Positions 27,183-29,573 of a stretch of DNA of 29,573 nt are shown here, piece after piece. The stretch is taken from contig JAQUTO010000001.1 in assembly GCA_028694305.1 (NCBI GenBank), forward strand, positions 1 through 29,573, in the 5' to 3' direction. The stretch is from Bacilli bacterium (GTDB taxonomy: Bacteria > Bacillota_I > Bacilli_A > RFN20 > UBA1709). The translations under genes were made by a program, and so were the position numbers. Positions within the stretch are counted from its first letter, which is position 1; the number at the start of each line of letters is the position of its first letter. The notes under the pieces are model-generated. The model did not search any database. It saw nothing but the letters and a program-made list of their open reading frames with translations, and was not told the DNA's origin.

Positions 27183-27191
27183 TGATAAAAT
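27183..27191 (+). promoter_or_regulatory. Possible extended -10 promoter of metG-mnmG
   Basis: TG-A-TAAAAT about 20 nt upstream of the metG ATG, followed by a GGAG RBS. Confidence 0.55.
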
Positions 27192-27212
27192 AGAAAAGCG
27201 GAGTGTGATATT

Positions 27213-28799
27213 ATGACAAATAAAACATTTTATATAACAACACCTATCTATTATACATCTGGTAGGTTACATATCGGGAACGCTTATACAACCACAATTT
27301 GTGATGTTATTGCTCGGTATAAGAAAATACGTGGTTATGACGTCTATTTTCTAACCGGAACTGATGAACATGGCGAAAAAGTGCAATTAAAGGCTGAGGC
27401 GGCCGGTAAAACCCCACAACAATTTGTGGATGATTTAGTTGTCTCAATTAAAGAATTATGGAAGAAACTAGATATTGACTATGATGGTTTCATTCGGACT
27501 ACTAACCCTAGTCACGTCGCTGCAGTGCAAAAAGAATTTTCTCAATTTGTCGCCAACGATGATGTTTATAAGGGTGAATATGAAGGTTGGTATTGTACTG
27601 ACTGTGAAGCTTATTGGACTGAATCACAATTACAAGAAGGACACCTTTGCCCAGATTGTGGGCGTCCAGTCCATCGGACAACCTCAGAGTCCTATTTCTT
27701 TAGAATGTCCAAATATGTTGATTGGTTAACTAAGTATTATGATGAACATCCTGGTTTTATTGAACCAATTTCTAGAAGAAATGAAATAGTAAATAATTTT
27801 ATTAAACCTGGGCTTGGTGATTTAAGTGTCTCAAGAACCACTTTTGATTGGGGTGTTCCAATCGTGGAAGATCCAAAACACGTTATTTATGTTTGGATTG
27901 ATGCGCTTTCTAACTATATTACTGCTTTAGGTTATAACTCTAATGATGACTCATTGTTCCAAAAATACTGGCATAATGATGAAAATCACGAGATTTTACA
28001 CGTTGTTGGCAAAGAAATCATTCGTTTCCATATGATTTATTGGCCAATTATGTTACATGCTTTAGGATTAGAACAACCAACTAAGCTTTATGCCCATGGT
28101 TGGATTGTTATGAAGAATGGCAAAATGTCTAAATCTAAAGGCAATGTTATCTATCCAGAACCAATTATTGAACGTTATGGTGTTGATACCTTACGCTATT
28201 ATTTAACTTGCTGTATTCCATGGGGCCAAGATGGGTTATTTACCCCAGAGCTCTTTGTAGAGAATGTCAACGTTGATTTAGTTAATAACTATGGCAACCT
28301 TTTAAGTAGAAGTGTTTCAATGGTTCAAAAGTACTTTGATGGCATTGTTCCAAATTATGAAGGAGAAGCTACTCCTTTTGATCATGACTTAGAGATTGCT
28401 TTAGAGAATGCGAAAAAGCACTATGAGGATAAACTAGATAGTTATCAAGTTGATGCTGGTTTTAAGGAAGCCTTTGATTTATTATCAAAAGCTAATAAAT
28501 ATATTGATGATACTCAACCTTGGACTTTAGCAAAAGATCCAGCAAAACAAAAAGAACTTGCATCTGTTATGAATCATTTGATGCTAATTTTAAGAGCAGG
28601 CACGATTATGTTAAAACCAATCCTAGTCAATACATATCCTAAGGTGTTAGCTCAACTTGGATTACAAGATATTCAGTATGAAACCATCTTAGATAAACAT
28701 GCTATGGATGGAAGTCGTGTCACAAAAGGAGACAATATTTTCCCAAGATTAAACGCAGTTGAGGAGATTGAATACTTGTCAAAATCATTCAAATTTTAA
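27213..28799 (+). CDS. metG: Methionine--tRNA ligase, short form without the C-terminal tRNA-binding appendix
   Basis: TTPIYY, HIGN, TGTDEHG, CTDC...CPDC zinc knuckle, YVWIDAL, KMSKS; 528 aa. Confidence 0.97.
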   Translation: MTNKTFYITTPIYYTSGRLHIGNAYTTTICDVIARYKKIRGYDVYFLTGTDEHGEKVQLKAEAAGKTPQQFVDDLVVSIKELWKKLDIDYDGFIRTTNPSHVAAVQKEFSQFVANDDVYKGEYEGWYCTDCEAYWTESQLQEGHLCPDCGRPVHRTTSESYFFRMSKYVDWLTKYYDEHPGFIEPISRRNEIVNNFIKPGLGDLSVSRTTFDWGVPIVEDPKHVIYVWIDALSNYITALGYNSNDDSLFQKYWHNDENHEILHVVGKEIIRFHMIYWPIMLHALGLEQPTKLYAHGWIVMKNGKMSKSKGNVIYPEPIIERYGVDTLRYYLTCCIPWGQDGLFTPELFVENVNVDLVNNYGNLLSRSVSMVQKYFDGIVPNYEGEATPFDHDLEIALENAKKHYEDKLDSYQVDAGFKEAFDLLSKANKYIDDTQPWTLAKDPAKQKELASVMNHLMLILRAGTIMLKPILVNTYPKVLAQLGLQDIQYETILDKHAMDGSRVTKGDNIFPRLNAVEEIEYLSKSFKF

Positions 28800-28800
28800 T

Positions 28801-29573
28801 ATGAAGAAAGTTGTTATTGTCGGTGGTGGTCATGCAGGAATTGAAGCGGCGCTAGCTGTGGCTAGAGCTGGTTTAAGTGCGACCTTAGTTACCCTCGATA
28901 TCAACCATATTGGAAGTATGCCATGTAACCCTTCAATTGGAGGGCCAGCCAAAGGTGTTATTGTACGCGAGATTGACGCCTTGGGTGGAGAGATGGCGCA
29001 CGCAGCAGATGCCACATATTTTCAAATGAAAAAACTCAACACAAGCAAAGGACCTGGTGTCCAATGTTTGCGGGCTCAGTCTGATAAATTAGAATATGTT
29101 TCTTACATGATAAAAAAAGTAAAAAGTACTGAAAATCTGCTACTTATTGAGAGTATGGCTACTGAGTTAATTGTGGAAAATGGGATTTGCAAAGGAGTCA
29201 TTTTAGAAGATGGCAAACGCCTAGATGCCGATGCTGTTATTCTCACAACTGGAACATACTTACATGGTAAAACTTTGATAGGTCATACCTTTAAATTTGA
29301 AGGACCAGATCATCAAAGAGCGGCAGTAGGGTTAAGCGAAAGTTTAAGAGCTAATGGCTTTGATATTCAACGATTAAAGACCGGAACTCCCCCGAGAGTT
29401 TTAGCTGATAGTGTTGATTATTCTTGTATGGAAATTCAACCAGGCACTCAAGGTGACTTGGCTTTCTCTTATGACACAACAAAGTTCATTCCATTAGATC
29501 AACAAAAAGTTTGTTATCTAATTCATACTACTCTCGAAACAAAGAAGATTATTTTGGAACATTTAAAAGATTC
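28801..29573 (+). CDS. mnmG: tRNA uridine-5-carboxymethylaminomethyl(34) synthesis enzyme MnmG (GidA), N-terminal part (runs off window end)
   Basis: Not in the ORF track; hand translation is open to the window edge: MKKVVIVGGGHAGIEAA...MPCNPSIGGPAKG...REIDALGG...LNTSKGPGV...LRAQSD...RLKTGTPPR. Confidence 0.96.
   Translation, partial: MKKVVIVGGGHAGIEAALAVARAGLSATLVTLDINHIGSMPCNPSIGGPAKGVIVREIDALGGEMAHAADATYFQMKKLNTSKGPGVQCLRAQSDKLEYVSYMIKKVKSTENLLLIESMATELIVENGICKGVILEDGKRLDADAVILTTGTYLHGKTLIGHTFKFEGPDHQRAAVGLSESLRANGFDIQRLKTGTPPRVLADSVDYSCMEIQPGTQGDLAFSYDTTKFIPLDQQKVCYLIHTTLETKKIILEHLKD

Noticed and set aside
2312-29015. Short or antisense ORFs in the track that overlap assigned genes (e.g. 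2312-2527, 4467-4682, 8110-8373, 12439-12708, 19968-20519, 22149-22457, 27475-27729, 28830-29015)
   Set aside because: All lie within well-supported conserved genes on another frame or strand, lack recognisable motifs or convincing RBSs, and read as shadow frames.
1-29573. CRISPR arrays, tRNA/rRNA genes, IS or phage genes, and parS sites
   Set aside because: No spaced direct repeats, cloverleaf signatures, transposase or integrase motifs, or TGTTNCACGTGAAACA-like palindromes were seen by eye; all intergenic gaps are short and otherwise explained. A covariance-model scan would be the definitive check.

Overview
This is the chromosomal replication-origin region of a low-GC, apparently genome-reduced Bacilli-type bacterium. 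It uses the standard code: TGA is the stop in dnaX and recR, so it is not a code-4 mycoplasma. Leftward from the origin lie dnaA-dnaN-yaaA-recF-gyrB (partial). Rightward lie rpmH-rnpA-yidC-jag-mnmE-tatD-rnmV-rsmA-ispE-prs-ffs (small SRP RNA)-tadA-dnaX-recR-tmk-holB-ricT-rsmI, then an EF-G paralog, an M29 aminopeptidase, a counter-oriented potABCD-type ABC transporter, metG and mnmG (partial). oriC elements are visible: a DnaA-box cluster between dnaA and rpmH, and a box/GC-spacer/DnaA-trio module between dnaA and dnaN. I saw no mobile element, CRISPR array, tRNA, rRNA or gene of unknown family, so I cannot support a claim of a new multi-gene system. The window is almost entirely housekeeping. 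The most notable observations are (1) a gene order that looks like a circularly permuted block inserted between mnmE and mnmG relative to Bacillus subtilis, (2) an EF-G paralog lacking the catalytic switch-II His, (3) an ~80-nt minimal SRP RNA directly upstream of tadA, and (4) inverted repeats overlapping several predicted promoters. All assignments come from motif reading and recalled family knowledge; no database search was run.
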